Sequence record: NC_028927.1
Length of the DNA: 64,000 bases
Reading direction: 5' to 3' (one strand)
From: Escherichia phage slur02
Positions 23,001 to 33,159 of the stretch are shown piece after piece. The notes under the pieces are model-generated. The model ran no database searches, was not told where the DNA came from, and was given only the letters and a program-made list of their open reading frames with translations. The stretch's first letter is position 1, and each line of letters starts with the position of its first letter. The translations under genes and the position numbers were made by a program.

Positions 23001-23883
23001 TTTCTATTCTCAAAGAGATACGTCAAATAATGTGTTGTTCAACATTTTAGGTACGATGCAATCAGTCCATGCTAACGTTCGTGGTGTTCTGAACGTTACA
23101 GGTGTCTCAACGTTTAATAGTTCAGTTACTGCTAATGGCGAATTTATCAGTAAATCGTCGAATGCTTTTAGAGCAATAAATGGTGATTATGGATTCTTTA
23201 TTCGCAATGATGGATCAGTAACGAATTTTATGCTTACTGCATCCGGTGATCAGACCGGTGGATTTAATGGATTACGTCCTTTATCTATTAATAATGCATC
23301 TGGTCAAGTAACGATTGGTGAAAGCTTAATCATTGCCAAAGGTGCTACTATAAGTTCAGGTGGTTTGACTGTTAACTCGAGAATTCGTTCTCAAGGTACT
23401 AAAACTTCTGATTTATACACTCGTGCGCCAACGTCTGATACTGTAGGATTCTGGTCAATCGATATTAATGATTCAGCTACTTATAACCAGTTCCCAGGTT
23501 ATTTTAAAATGGTTGAAAAAACTAATGAAGTGACTGGGCTTCCATACTTAGAACGTGGCGAAGAAGTTAAATCTCCTGGTACATTGACTCAGTTTGGTAA
23601 CACACTTGATTCGCTTTACCAAGATTGGATTACTTATCCAACGACTCCAGAAGCACGTACCACTCGCTGGACACGTACATGGCAGAAAACCAAAAACTCT
23701 TGGTCAAGTTTTGTTCAGGTATTTGATGGAGGTAACCCTCCTCAGCCGTCTGATATCGGTGCTTTACCATCTGATAATGCTACAATGGGGAATCTTACTA
23801 TTCGTGATTTCTTACGAATTGGTAATGTTCGCATTATTCCTGACCCAGTGAATAAAACGGTTAAATTTGAATGGGTTGAATAA
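20011..23883 (+). CDS. 34: gp34 long tail fiber proximal subunit (1290 aa)
   Basis: 1290 aa (T4 gp34 is 1289); internally repeated modules (TATETRRG..IAT, IEIATQSE, etc.); first gene of the 34-38 fiber operon. Confidence 0.95.
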   Translation: MAEIKRKFRAEDGLDAGGDKIINVALADRTVGTDGVNVDYLIQENTVQQYDPTRGYLKDFVIIYDNRFWAAINDIPKPAGAFNSGRWRALRTDANWITVSSGSYQLKSGEAISVNTAAGNDITFTLPSTPIDGDTIVLQDIGGKPGVNQVLIVAPVQSIVNFRGEQVRSVLMTHPKSQLVLIFSNRLWQMYVADYSREAVVVTPASLYQAQSNDFIVRRFTSAAPINIKLPRFANHGDIINFVDLDKLNPLYHTIVTTYDETTSIQEDGTHSIEGRTSIDGFLMFDDNEKLWRLFDGDSKARLRIITTNSNIRPNEEVMVFGANNGTTQTIELQLPTNISVGDTVKISMNYMRKGQTVKIKAAGEDKIASSVQLLQFPKRSEYPPEAEWVTVQELVFNGETNYVPVLQLAYIEDSDGKYWVVQQNVPTVERVDSLNDSTRARLGVIALATQAQANVDLENSPQKELAITPETLANRTATETRRGIARIATTAQVNQNTTFSFADDIIITPKKLNERTATETRRGVAEIATQQETNAGTDDTTIITPKKLQARQGSESLSGIVTFVSTAGATPASSRELNGTNVYNKNTNNLVVSPKALDQYKATPTQQGAVILAVESEVIAGQSQEGWANAVVTPETLHKKTSTDARIGLIEIATQSEVNTGTDYTRAVTPKTLNDRRATESLSGIAEIATQVEFDAGVDDTRISTPLKIKTRFNSTDRTSVVALSGLVESGTLWDHYTLNILEANETQRGTLRVATQVEAAAGTLDNVLITPKKLLGTKSTEAQEGVIKVATQSETVTGTSTNTAVSPKNLKWIVQSEPTWAATTAIRGFVKTSSGSITFVGNDTVGSTQDLELYEKNSYAVSPYELNRVLANYLPLKAKAVDSNLLDGLDSSQFIRRDIAQTVNGSLTLTQQTNLSAPLVSSSTATFGGSVTANSTLTISNTGTSSSRFTFEKGPASGSNADSALHVRVWGNKYSGGSDVTRATIIEFYDASGTHFYSQRDTSNNVLFNILGTMQSVHANVRGVLNVTGVSTFNSSVTANGEFISKSSNAFRAINGDYGFFIRNDGSVTNFMLTASGDQTGGFNGLRPLSINNASGQVTIGESLIIAKGATISSGGLTVNSRIRSQGTKTSDLYTRAPTSDTVGFWSIDINDSATYNQFPGYFKMVEKTNEVTGLPYLERGEEVKSPGTLTQFGNTLDSLYQDWITYPTTPEARTTRWTRTWQKTKNSWSSFVQVFDGGNPPQPSDIGALPSDNATMGNLTIRDFLRIGNVRIIPDPVNKTVKFEWVE

Positions 23884-23891
23884 GAGGTATT

Positions 23892-25007
23892 ATGGAAAAA
23901 TTTATGGCAGAGTTTGGACAAGGATATGTCCAAACGCCATTTTTATCGGAAAGTAATTCAGTAAGATATAAAATAAGTATAGCGGGTTCTTGCCCGCTTT
24001 CTACGGCAGGACCATACGTTAAATTTCAGGATAATCCTGTCGGAAGTCAAACATTTAGCGCAGGTCTTCATCTAAGAGTTTTTGACCCTTCCACCGGAGC
24101 ATTAGTTGATAGTAAGTCATATGCTTTTTCGACTTCAAATGATACTACATCAGCTGCTTTTGTTAGTTTCATGAATTCTTTGACGAATAACAGACTTGTT
24201 GCTATATTAACTAGCGGAAAGGTTAATTTTCCTCCTGAAGTAGTATCTTGGTTAAGAGCTGCAGGAACGTCTGCTTTTCCATCTGATTCTATATTGTCAA
24301 GATTTGACGTATCATATGCTGCTTTTTACACTTCTTCTAAAAGAGCTATTGCATTGGAGCATGTTAAACTAAGTAATAGAAAAAGCACAGATGACTATCA
24401 AACTATTTTAGATGTTGTATTTGACAGTTTAGAAGACGTTGGAGCTACCGGGTTTCCAAGAAGAACATATGAAAGCGTTGAGCAATTTATGTCGGCAGTT
24501 GGCGGAACTAATAACGAAATTGCACGTCTACCAACTTCAGCTGCGATAAGTAAATTATCTGACTATAATTTAATCCCTGGTGATGTTCTTTATCTTAAAG
24601 CACAGTTATATGCTGATGCCGATTTACTTGCGCTTGGAACTACAAATATATCTATCCGTTTTTATAATGCATCGAATGGATATATTTCCTCGACACAAGC
24701 TGAGTTTACCGGGCAAGCTGGGTCTTGGGAATTAAAGGAAGATTATGTGGTTGTTCCAGAAAACGCTGTCGGATTTACGATATATGCACAAAGAACAGCA
24801 CAAGCGGGTCAAGGCGGTATGAGAAATTTAAGCTTTTCTGAAGTGTCAAGAAATGGTGGCATTTCAAAACCTGCTGAGTTTGGCGTCAATGGTATTCGAG
24901 TTAATTATATCTGTGAATCTGCTTCACCTCCGGATATAATGGTACTTCCTACACAAGCATCGTCTAAAACTGGTAAAGTGTTTGGGCAAGAATTTAGAGA
25001 AGTATAA
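23892..25007 (+). CDS. 35: gp35 long tail fiber hinge/connector (371 aa)
   Basis: Size and position as T4 gp35; SD AAGAGG upstream. Confidence 0.9.
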   Translation: MEKFMAEFGQGYVQTPFLSESNSVRYKISIAGSCPLSTAGPYVKFQDNPVGSQTFSAGLHLRVFDPSTGALVDSKSYAFSTSNDTTSAAFVSFMNSLTNNRLVAILTSGKVNFPPEVVSWLRAAGTSAFPSDSILSRFDVSYAAFYTSSKRAIALEHVKLSNRKSTDDYQTILDVVFDSLEDVGATGFPRRTYESVEQFMSAVGGTNNEIARLPTSAAISKLSDYNLIPGDVLYLKAQLYADADLLALGTTNISIRFYNASNGYISSTQAEFTGQAGSWELKEDYVVVPENAVGFTIYAQRTAQAGQGGMRNLSFSEVSRNGGISKPAEFGVNGIRVNYICESASPPDIMVLPTQASSKTGKVFGQEFREV

Positions 25008-25012
25008 ATTGA

Positions 25013-25036
25013 GGGAGCCTTCGGGTTCCCTTTTTC
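25013..25036 (+). terminator. rho-independent terminator after gene 35 (GGGAGCC-TTCG-GGTTCCC + TTTTT)
   Basis: Hairpin plus T-run on + strand read directly. Confidence 0.6.
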
Positions 25037-25038
25037 TT

Positions 25039-25046
25039 TATAAATA
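25039..25046 (+). promoter_or_regulatory. late promoter TATAAATA for gene 36
   Basis: Exact TATAAATA about 24 nt upstream of the gene 36 ATG. Confidence 0.6.
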
Positions 25047-25069
25047 CTATTAAAATAAAGGGGCATACA

Positions 25070-25732
25070 ATGGCTGATTTAAAAGTAGGTTCAACAACTG
25101 GAGGCTCTGTCATTTGGCATCAAGGAAATTTTCCATTGAATCCAGCCGGTGACGATGTACTCTATAAATCATTTAAAATATATTCAGAATATAATAAACC
25201 ACAAGCTGCTGATAACGATTTCGTTTCTAAAGCTAATGGTGGTACTTACGCCGCGACCGTTCGATTTAATGGAGGAGTACATGTTCCTACTATAGGTAGT
25301 AGTCAACAGTGCGGTGTTTATCCAGGTAACGGTGATGCAGCTACTTTTGCTATGGCAAATATTGACATCGTTTCATGGAATGGTATTGGTTTTAAATCAT
25401 CACAAGGTTCAGCAGACCGAACTGTTGTAATTAATGCACGTAATGGTGATATTAGTACAAAAGGCGTTGTGACAGCAGTAGGTCAAATAAGAAGTAATGC
25501 AGTTTCTCCTGTATCAGCAAATGACCTTACTAGAAAGGACTATGTTGATGGAGCAATAAATACTGTTACGGCAAATGCGAACTCTAGAGTGTTACGATCT
25601 GGCGACACTATGACGGGTAACTTAACCGCACCAAACTTTTTCTCGCAGAATCCCGCATCTCAACCTTCACATGTTCCACGATTTGACCAAATCGTAATTA
25701 AGGATTCTGTTCAAGATTTCGGCTATTATTAA
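25070..25732 (+). CDS. 36: gp36 long tail fiber distal connector (220 aa)
   Basis: Size and position as T4 gp36. Confidence 0.9.
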   Translation: MADLKVGSTTGGSVIWHQGNFPLNPAGDDVLYKSFKIYSEYNKPQAADNDFVSKANGGTYAATVRFNGGVHVPTIGSSQQCGVYPGNGDAATFAMANIDIVSWNGIGFKSSQGSADRTVVINARNGDISTKGVVTAVGQIRSNAVSPVSANDLTRKDYVDGAINTVTANANSRVLRSGDTMTGNLTAPNFFSQNPASQPSHVPRFDQIVIKDSVQDFGYY

Positions 25733-25740
25733 GAGGACTT

Positions 25741-28700
25741 ATGGCTACTTTAAAACAAATACAATTTAAAAGAAGCAAAACCGCAGGTGCACGTCCTGCT
25801 GCTTCAGTATTAGCCGAAGGTGAATTGGCTATAAACTTAAAAGATAGAACAATTTTTACTAAAGATGATTCAGGAAATATCATCGATCTAGGTATTGCTA
25901 AAGGCGGTCAAATTGATGGAAATGTAACTATCAATGGTCTTTTGAGGTTAAACGGTGATTATGTACAAACAGGTGGAATGACCGTAAATGGACCTATTGG
26001 TTCTACTGATGGCGTAACTGCAAAAGTTTTCAGATCTACACAGGGTTCATTTTATGCAAGAGCAACAAACGATACTGCAAATGCCCATCTTTGGTTTGAA
26101 AATACAAATGGCTCAGAACGTGGCGTTTTATATTCAAAACCGCAGTCTGAAAATGAAGGCGTAATTACAATGCGTGTTCGTCAAGGAACCGCTGCGGGAG
26201 CTCAAAATTCAGAATTTCATTTCATTTCTACTGATGGAGGTATCTTCCAGGCACGTAAGTTAACTGCTTTAACTTCTATTAGTACACCAACTATTAGTGT
26301 TAATTTAATTAATCATGATTCTAAATCATTTGGACAATACGATTCACAATCTTTGGTTAACTATGTTTATCCTGGAACCGGTGAAACAAATGGTGTAAAC
26401 TATCTTCGTAAAGTTCGCGCTAAGTCCGGTGGTACAATTTATCATGAAATTGTTACTGCCCAAACAGGCCTGGCTGATGAAGTTTCTTGGTGGACTGGTA
26501 ATACACCATTATTTAAACTATACGGTATTCGTAACGACGGTAGAATGATTATCCGCAATAGTTTGGCCATTGGTACTGTGACACAAGGGTTTCCGTCAAG
26601 TGATTATGGCAATGTTGGGGCACTAGGAAATATATTTCTTGCTTTAGGTGATAATGGAACTGGTCTAGTTTATAGAAAAACCGGGGTATTTGATTTCGTT
26701 GGTTCTGGTTTATCTTTGGCATCTATTACTCCTGATAGTTTCCGTAGTACCCGTAAAGCAATTTTTGGTCGTTCCGAGGACCAAGGTACAACATGGATTA
26801 TGCCTGGCACTAATGCTGCTTTCTTGTCTGTTCAAACACAAGCTGATGAAAACACTGCTGGAGATGGTCAAACCCATATTGGATATAATTCTGGCGGAAA
26901 AATGAACCACTATTTCCGTGGTAAAGGCAAGACTAATATTAATACTCAAGAAGGCATGGAAGTTAATCCGGGTATTTTGAAATTGGTAACTGGCTCTAAT
27001 AACGTACAGTTTTATGCTGACGGAACAGTATCTTCAATACAAAGAATTAAATTTGATAACGGATTAGTTCTTACTGGTGCTAGACCCGACGGTATTCAAC
27101 TTGACGCTCCTACAACAACAGATGGCACTAAAACTATATTGTGGGCCGGCGGTACTCGCCCAGGTCAGAATAAAAGTTATCTATCTATCAAAGCATGGGG
27201 TAACGCCTTTAACACATCTGGCGATCGCGCTCGTGAATCAGTTTTTGAAGTAGCTGATGGACAAGGTTATTATTTTTATGCGCAGCGTGTAGCTCCTGCG
27301 GCAGGTTCAACAACTGGAGTAGTTCAATTCAGAATTGCTGGAGCATTATTAACTGGTGGGGGTATTACATCATCTGGTTCTATTGTTACTGAATCAAGTT
27401 TAGTTGCCAATAATGGCATGTCAGTAAATGGTCAGGCTAAATTTGGCGGAACAGCAAACGCATTGAGAATTTGGAACGCCGAATATGGCGCTATTTTCCG
27501 TCGTTCAGAAAGTAACTTTTATATTATTCCAACCAATCAAAATGAAGGCGAAAGTGGAGACATTCACAGCTCTTTAAGACCTGTTAGAATAGGATTAAGC
27601 GATGGCATGGTTGGGTTAGGAAGAGATTCTTTTATAGTAGATCAAAATAATGCTTTAACTACTATAAACAGTAACTCTCGCATTAATGCCAACTTTAGAA
27701 TGCAATTGGGGCAGTCGACATATATTGATGCAGAATGCACTGATGCCGTTCGTCCAGCCGGTGCAGGTTCATTTGCTTCGCAAAATAATGAAAACGTCCG
27801 TGCTCCGTTCTATATGAATATTAATCGCACAGATACAAGTACTTACGTTCCAATTGTTAAACAGAGATACGTACAAAATAATAGTTGCTATTCTATTGGT
27901 ACTTTAATTAATGGCGGTAATTTTAGAGTTCATTATCATGAAGGTGGTGATGGCGGTTCAACTGGTGCGATTATAAAGGATTTAGGCTGGGAATTTAACA
28001 AAAATGGTGATTTTTACTCTCCTGGTAAATTAGGTGCTGGAAATATTCGTATCGGAACAGACGGTAATATTACCGGTGGTTCTGGTAACTTTGCTAACCT
28101 AAATACGACTTTAAACCGTAAAGTAACTACCGGCTGGATTAACTATTCTTCTGTAAGCGGTTGGTATAAATTGGCAACAGTAACTATGCCTCAAGGTGTA
28201 GCTACGGTCCAATTTAAAATAACAGGCGGTTCCGGTTTTAACGTTGGTATTTTCGAACAAGCAACAATTAATGAAATTGTATTACGTTCTGGTAATAATA
28301 CACCTAAAGGAATTAACGGTGTTTTGTGGCAACGTGAAACAGATGCTATTAAAGATATTGCGTATATTAATACCTCAGGCGATGAGTATGATGTTTATAT
28401 TAGTTGTGGCACTTATTTAAATAGACTTACCATAGAATATAGCACTTCAGAAAATGCTTCTGTGGTAGTTCATGGATTATATGGGCCTACGCAATCACCG
28501 GTAGAAGAGCTTCCTGTAGATATTGTTAAAGGTCGTGTTTTTAAACTTCTTAATAATAGCTCAGGCGTTTTTGACGCGGGTAGTTCTAATATTTCTACAA
28601 ATGCAACTTTTGTGGCAAATACTACTATAGGATACCGTCACAAATCTAACGGCGACGAAAGTGGCTCTGCAGCTGCTCTGTTTTATAATGATGGTACTAC

Positions 28701-29562
28701 GTTCCACATATTATTAACAGATAAAAATACCGATACTGATAAAACTAAAGCCTCGGGTTCTTATAATAGCTTGAGACCTTTTTCTATCAATATCGCTTCA
28801 GGTAAAGTAACTATTTCAAACTCTATGAGCGTTTCTGGGGTATCAGAGTTTTATAATGGCCTTAACATCAAAAATAATGGAAGCATTAACTTTGATAAGT
28901 CTGGTGCTAACCCGAGAAATATGAGAATATTTCATGCTGGCGATGCTTCTCGCGGTAACCGCATTGAAATTGCAGATGAAACTAACTATATTGCTTACTT
29001 TGAAAAAACTCCAGGTGGAGCTAACCGCTTTGTAGTAAATAATGCTACTGTAGCTGGTGTTAATCAAATGAATTCATTTGGTATTAACATCAATAACGCG
29101 CTTGGTGGAAATAGTATAGCATTTGGTGATAATGACACAGGTATTAAGCAAAACGGCGATGGATTATTAGACATTTATGCGAATGGTGTGCAAACGTTCC
29201 GTTTTCAAAACGGTGATTTGTACTCATATAAAAATATAAATGCCCCAAACGTTTATATTCGTTCTGATATTCGCTTAAAATCTAATTTCAAACCTATCGA
29301 AAATGCACTTGATAAAGTTGAAAAACTCAATGGTGTCATTTATGATAAAGCTGAATACATCGGTGGAGAGGCAATTGAAACTGAAGCGGGTATTGTAGCT
29401 CAAACGTTACAAGACGTTTTACCAGAAGCCGTCCGTGAAACAGAAGACAGCAAGGGTAATAAAATACTCACTGTTTCTTCTCAAGCCCAGATTGCTCTTC
29501 TGGTTGAAGCTGTGAAAACGCTTTCTTCTCGTGTAAAAGAACTTGAATCTAAACTTATGTAA
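25741..29562 (+). CDS. 37: gp37 long tail fiber distal subunit with C-terminal intramolecular chaperone domain (1273 aa precursor)
   Basis: Position after 36; C-terminal approx 98 aa shows the autoproteolytic chaperone signature S-D-x-x-x-K (SDIRLK) and helical tail. Confidence 0.9.
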   Translation: MATLKQIQFKRSKTAGARPAASVLAEGELAINLKDRTIFTKDDSGNIIDLGIAKGGQIDGNVTINGLLRLNGDYVQTGGMTVNGPIGSTDGVTAKVFRSTQGSFYARATNDTANAHLWFENTNGSERGVLYSKPQSENEGVITMRVRQGTAAGAQNSEFHFISTDGGIFQARKLTALTSISTPTISVNLINHDSKSFGQYDSQSLVNYVYPGTGETNGVNYLRKVRAKSGGTIYHEIVTAQTGLADEVSWWTGNTPLFKLYGIRNDGRMIIRNSLAIGTVTQGFPSSDYGNVGALGNIFLALGDNGTGLVYRKTGVFDFVGSGLSLASITPDSFRSTRKAIFGRSEDQGTTWIMPGTNAAFLSVQTQADENTAGDGQTHIGYNSGGKMNHYFRGKGKTNINTQEGMEVNPGILKLVTGSNNVQFYADGTVSSIQRIKFDNGLVLTGARPDGIQLDAPTTTDGTKTILWAGGTRPGQNKSYLSIKAWGNAFNTSGDRARESVFEVADGQGYYFYAQRVAPAAGSTTGVVQFRIAGALLTGGGITSSGSIVTESSLVANNGMSVNGQAKFGGTANALRIWNAEYGAIFRRSESNFYIIPTNQNEGESGDIHSSLRPVRIGLSDGMVGLGRDSFIVDQNNALTTINSNSRINANFRMQLGQSTYIDAECTDAVRPAGAGSFASQNNENVRAPFYMNINRTDTSTYVPIVKQRYVQNNSCYSIGTLINGGNFRVHYHEGGDGGSTGAIIKDLGWEFNKNGDFYSPGKLGAGNIRIGTDGNITGGSGNFANLNTTLNRKVTTGWINYSSVSGWYKLATVTMPQGVATVQFKITGGSGFNVGIFEQATINEIVLRSGNNTPKGINGVLWQRETDAIKDIAYINTSGDEYDVYISCGTYLNRLTIEYSTSENASVVVHGLYGPTQSPVEELPVDIVKGRVFKLLNNSSGVFDAGSSNISTNATFVANTTIGYRHKSNGDESGSAAALFYNDGTTFHILLTDKNTDTDKTKASGSYNSLRPFSINIASGKVTISNSMSVSGVSEFYNGLNIKNNGSINFDKSGANPRNMRIFHAGDASRGNRIEIADETNYIAYFEKTPGGANRFVVNNATVAGVNQMNSFGININNALGGNSIAFGDNDTGIKQNGDGLLDIYANGVQTFRFQNGDLYSYKNINAPNVYIRSDIRLKSNFKPIENALDKVEKLNGVIYDKAEYIGGEAIETEAGIVAQTLQDVLPEAVRETEDSKGNKILTVSSQAQIALLVEAVKTLSSRVKELESKLM
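29266..29559 (+). other. predicted self-cleaving C-terminal intramolecular chaperone domain of gp37 (cleavage after Ser1175)
   Basis: [32 protein letters not shown]... resembles peptidase S74/endosialidase-type chaperone domains; T2 gp37 is known to be C-terminally processed. Confidence 0.6.
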
Positions 29563-29566
29563 AAGA

Positions 29567-29590
29567 GGGCTTCGGCCCTCTAAGGATTTT
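29567..29590 (+). terminator. weak terminator-like hairpin (AGAGGGC-TTCG-GCCCTCT) between 37 and 38
   Basis: Hairpin read directly; 3' T-run is interrupted (aaggattttt), so readthrough is likely. Confidence 0.4.
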
Positions 29591-29592
29591 TA

Positions 29593-30378
29593 ATGGCAAT
29601 TGTAGGTGTTCCTGGCTGGATTGGTGAATCTGCCGTGAATGAAACTGGACAACGTTGGATGGATGCTGCAATGAGAGCAGTCCGTGTTTCAGTTCCCGGT
29701 TGGATGAGCTCAATGGCCGGACAATCTAAAGAAGTATATTATAGCATTGGTGCTAGTAATTCTTATAATAAAGATACATTAATAAACTGGATAAAAGCCC
29801 AAGGCAGTACTCCTGTTGTTATTACTATTACAGGAAATATTGTTTCTCAATCTACTGGTGTTCCATGCTTAGATTTTCCTAGCTCATTAACTAATGCATA
29901 CGTGACACTTAATATCAATTCAGGCGTGCATGTTTGGGGCCGTGGCGGGAATGGCGGAAATAACTCTGCCGGTGGAGCAGGAGGAACTGCAATAAATAAT
30001 GGAATTGGAACTAGATTGCGTATTAACAACAATGGTGTTATCGCAGGAGGCGGTGGAGGCGGTGGAGGCGGATATTATTCTCCTTTTTCACAAATGAAAT
30101 TGACTTTTGGCGGTGGCGGCGGTCGTCCATTTGGTGCTGCTGGCGGGTCTGCTAATATGGAACAGGGCGCTACTGCTGGTACTATTTCTGCACCTGGTAA
30201 AGGGTCTGTCAATGGTATCTATAATGGCGGGAATGGCGGTGATGCTGGTGCCGCAGGTGGTAAATGTAATATTCGTGGGCAAGGATCAGAATATAACGGC
30301 GGTGCGGCCGGTAAAGCTGTTACTGGTAATGCTCCAACTTGGACTAAGGTTGGTACAATATATGGTTCAAGAGTATAA
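29593..30378 (+). CDS. 38: gp38 receptor-binding adhesin, T2-type with glycine-rich motifs (261 aa)
   Basis: Conserved N-terminus MAIVGVPGWIG; several poly-Gly motifs (GGGGGGGGGYY, FGGGGGRPFG) separated by variable segments; 261 aa versus 183 aa T4 gp38. Confidence 0.85.
   Translation: MAIVGVPGWIGESAVNETGQRWMDAAMRAVRVSVPGWMSSMAGQSKEVYYSIGASNSYNKDTLINWIKAQGSTPVVITITGNIVSQSTGVPCLDFPSSLTNAYVTLNINSGVHVWGRGGNGGNNSAGGAGGTAINNGIGTRLRINNNGVIAGGGGGGGGGYYSPFSQMKLTFGGGGGRPFGAAGGSANMEQGATAGTISAPGKGSVNGIYNGGNGGDAGAAGGKCNIRGQGSEYNGGAAGKAVTGNAPTWTKVGTIYGSRV
30046..30072 (+). repeat. 9-bp tandem repeat (ggaggcggt)x3 encoding poly-Gly in gp38
   Basis: Read directly; second shorter Gly-codon tract at approx 30109-30123. 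Confidence 0.7.
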
Positions 30379-30410
30379 TTTTTGAATAAATATCCTTAAA
30401 AGGAGGGTCT

Positions 30411-31067
30411 ATGGCAGCACCTAGAATATCATTTTCGCCCTCTGATATTCTATTTGGTGTTCTAGATCGCTTGTTCAAAGATAACGCTACCGGGAAAGTT
30501 CTTGCTTCCCGGGTAGCTGTCGTAATTCTTTTATTTATGATGGCGATTGTTTGGTATAGGGGAGATAGTTTCTTTGAGTACTATAAGCAATCAAAGTATG
30601 AAACATACAGTGAAATTATTGAAAAGGAAAGAAATGCACGCTTTGAATCTGTCGCCCTGGAACAACTCCAGATAGTTCATATATCATCTGAGGCAGACTT
30701 TAGTGCGGTGTATTCTTTCCGCCCTAAAAACTTAAACTATTTTGTTGATATTATAGCATACGAAGGAAGATTACCTTCAACAATAACTGAAAAATCACTT
30801 GGAGGATATCCTGTTGATAAAACTATGGATGAATATATAGTTCATTTAAATGGACGTCATTATTATTCTGACTCAAAATTTGCTTTTTTACCAACTAAAA
30901 AGCCTACTCCCGAAATAAACTACATGTACAGTTGTCCATATTTTAATTTGGATAATATCTATGCTGGAACGATAACCATGTACTGGTATAGAAATGATCA
31001 TATAAGTAATGACCGCCTTGAATCAATATGCGCTCAGGCGGCCAGAATATTAGGAAGGGCTAAATAA
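30411..31067 (+). CDS. t: holin T (218 aa)
   Basis: 218 aa; single N-terminal TM segment and large periplasmic domain; follows gene 38 as in T4. Confidence 0.9.
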   Translation: MAAPRISFSPSDILFGVLDRLFKDNATGKVLASRVAVVILLFMMAIVWYRGDSFFEYYKQSKYETYSEIIEKERNARFESVALEQLQIVHISSEADFSAVYSFRPKNLNYFVDIIAYEGRLPSTITEKSLGGYPVDKTMDEYIVHLNGRHYYSDSKFAFLPTKKPTPEINYMYSCPYFNLDNIYAGTITMYWYRNDHISNDRLESICAQAARILGRAK

Positions 31068-31340
31068 TTATTTGTTCGTATACATCTCTAGATATCGATA
31101 TACACCCTCAAAACCCTCGTTGAATTCGTCGATGAGGGTTTTCTTATCTTCTTGAGTTAATTCAGAAACAATTTTACGGAATGAATTCTGATTTAATTTT
31201 CTACCTTCATGCGTTACTCCAATCTCATTCAGAAATGCAATAAAATTAGCACGATTCTCAACAATATCTTCTCTGGAAAATTTAATCAAAATAGACGCAA
31301 CAGTAATAATTTCACGAACTGTATCAATGTTTTTATTCAT
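31068..31340 (-). CDS. asiA: AsiA anti-sigma70 factor (90 aa)
   Basis: 90 aa; sequence recalled as AsiA (MNKNIDTVREIITVASILIKF...); synteny. Confidence 0.9.
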   Translation of the reverse strand: MNKNIDTVREIITVASILIKFSREDIVENRANFIAFLNEIGVTHEGRKLNQNSFRKIVSELTQEDKKTLIDEFNEGFEGVYRYLEMYTNK

Positions 31341-31352
31341 TAACTATACCAC

Positions 31353-31505
31353 TCAATTAGTTGACTTTGTTATAATATCATCAGACGCTTGATTTGTAAA
31401 CTGGTCTGTGTTATTTTCTTCAAAAATTTTTTCTACGAATTCCTTGAACGACTTACGTTCCTGAGCTACATTATGCTCGATTACTTTTTCAAGATTATGA
31501 CTCAT
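31353..31505 (-). CDS. possible small ORF (approx 50 aa) between arn and asiA
   Basis: Hand translation MSHNLEKVIEHNVAQERKSFKEF...; its ATG overlaps the arn stop (ATGA); below the track length cutoff. Confidence 0.3.
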   Translation of the reverse strand: MSHNLEKVIEHNVAQERKSFKEFVEKIFEENNTDQFTNQASDDIITKSTN

Positions 31506-31780
31506 TCGAAATAATCTTCAATTTCATAATCATGGACGTAAATCATTATAGTTTTTAATACATCATCAATACTTTTTCCTGGAGCTGGAATTACGTAGAA
31601 ATATCCTGCTTTTGAGAGGTCTTTATAAGTTCCAATCAAGAAATCATTATTCTCAAGATGTAGTTCTTCAACTAATTCATTAACAATTGAATGGTATAGG
31701 TTTGGTAGAAACTTATATAGCTTTTCTAGAATATCAATTTTGATTGTGTATTGAACCACGGATTGAGAATCAATAATCAT
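31502..31780 (-). CDS. arn: probable Arn (anti-restriction nuclease, McrBC inhibitor), 92 aa
   Basis: 92 aa and adjacent to asiA as in T4; acidic protein; no motif confirmation. Confidence 0.55.
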   Translation of the reverse strand: MIIDSQSVVQYTIKIDILEKLYKFLPNLYHSIVNELVEELHLENNDFLIGTYKDLSKAGYFYVIPAPGKSIDDVLKTIMIYVHDYEIEDYFE

Positions 31781-31863
31781 AGACCTTCCCCTTATGTTTC
31801 TGTTTGCGATTAGATTCTTTAAACGCTTTCTTCTTATCCTTATGAACAGAAGCTTTATTAAAA

Positions 31864-32082
31864 TTATGTTTTGCGACTAAATTGTTCATAGTGCTGAATT
31901 ACCTCTCTTAAACATTTGCATGTGAATGAGAACTTTTTAGCTACACCACATTCAAATATATGTTCTCTTAAATCACGCGTATCAGTATATCCCATCTCAA
32001 CAATAAAATGCCTTATTAGATTTTTATCTTTATCATTGAGAGAATTAAAATAATCAGATTTTGAATTAATTTCCCTGGCCAA
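31864..32082 (-). CDS. hypothetical protein (72 aa)
   Basis: ORF track; co-oriented. Confidence 0.5.
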   Translation of the reverse strand: MAREINSKSDYFNSLNDKDKNLIRHFIVEMGYTDTRDLREHIFECGVAKKFSFTCKCLREVIQHYEQFSRKT

Positions 32083-32362
32083 ATTGAATCACCTTCAGTT
32101 GACGTTTTAATTCTTTTATCATCTCTTCGTTCATCGCAATATAAAGATCGCGTAAAGCAGGTTTTAGCATTCCATTTGCTGGAGAACTAAATGGACATAC
32201 ATAATCTTTTCCTACGAGCTTTTTGGTGAATTCCATATTACAGAACTTAAACCCCGGTTCATTGGTATAAATTCCCCAATTAGTTGACATCATTTTATTG
32301 GCATATTCTAGTGCCTGGATTTGATTCATAATTCCATCAATTTGAAACTTTTTAATATTCAT
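32066..32362 (-). CDS. hypothetical protein (98 aa)
   Basis: ORF track. Confidence 0.5.
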   Translation of the reverse strand: MNIKKFQIDGIMNQIQALEYANKMMSTNWGIYTNEPGFKFCNMEFTKKLVGKDYVCPFSSPANGMLKPALRDLYIAMNEEMIKELKRQLKVIQFGQGN

Positions 32363-32823
32363 TAGTAAAGGTCCTCAGAGTAAAGTTCTTTTTCACTACC
32401 ACCACGTTCAATACGTACTTGTCCAGCGTAAGTTGCAATAATCATTGCTTCTTCACGTGTCCAATAATTACTATATTGGTCAATAAACCCTTGGTCATCA
32501 TTACAAACTTGTTGAGTAACTAATTGAGGTTTAACTACATCTAAAACTTCTGCCATATCTTTAGAATAATGACGAGCACCTGGAATAATAAGAGTTCGTC
32601 CATCTTTTAATTTAAAACGGTTGGCTGCACAAACAATTCGTCGTTGATACTTTTGGTTTTCATCCCAATACGCAGTCTGCCAACAGATTTCAGGAACTTC
32701 TTTCAGAATATCTTCTTCTGTGCATTTATAACCATGCGCTTTAAATTTTTCAACAAGACTTTCTGGAGTTTCACGAGATAAAGGCACATTCAGCATTTTT
32801 AAACGATTAATAAATGGGTTCAT
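32362..32823 (-). CDS. hypothetical protein (153 aa)
   Basis: ORF track. Confidence 0.55.
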   Translation of the reverse strand: MNPFINRLKMLNVPLSRETPESLVEKFKAHGYKCTEEDILKEVPEICWQTAYWDENQKYQRRIVCAANRFKLKDGRTLIIPGARHYSKDMAEVLDVVKPQLVTQQVCNDDQGFIDQYSNYWTREEAMIIATYAGQVRIERGGSEKELYSEDLY

Positions 32824-33149
32824 TTAAACCATCCTTTAATACGTTGCCACAAAGTTTTCTGTTGAGCTTTGTTAACACCAATTGAGCGAATAACTGGTTG
32901 AGATTCCTGGAATTCTTTATAATCAGCAAGGTAAATTTCGTAAGCTGCATCCGTAAATGAACTTATCGCCGCCATAAAATTATTGCGAATACCTACTGGA
33001 GCATCTTTACTTTCACGAATAATCATGTATTTACCAGTCTTAATCTTTACGATAGTTCCAAGATAAGCTCCATGGTACCAGATGTCCCACCCCTCTTGAG
33101 TGGGTTCTGCACAACGACGAAGTTCATTAACAATTTCTAACTTGTTCAT
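32820..33149 (-). CDS. hypothetical protein (109 aa)
   Basis: ORF track. Confidence 0.5.
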   Translation of the reverse strand: MNKLEIVNELRRCAEPTQEGWDIWYHGAYLGTIVKIKTGKYMIIRESKDAPVGIRNNFMAAISSFTDAAYEIYLADYKEFQESQPVIRSIGVNKAQQKTLWQRIKGWFK

Positions 33150-33159
33150 TATTTATTCC

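Noticed and set aside
20011-23883. Internal repeats in gene 34 as duplicated mobile sequence
   Set aside because: They are in-frame protein-level repeats typical of fibrous tail fiber shafts, diverged at DNA level.
29593-30378. Glycine-rich low-complexity DNA as a CRISPR-like or mobile repeat array
   Set aside because: The repeats are in-frame Gly codons inside the gp38 adhesin, with no spacer/repeat periodicity and no cas genes.
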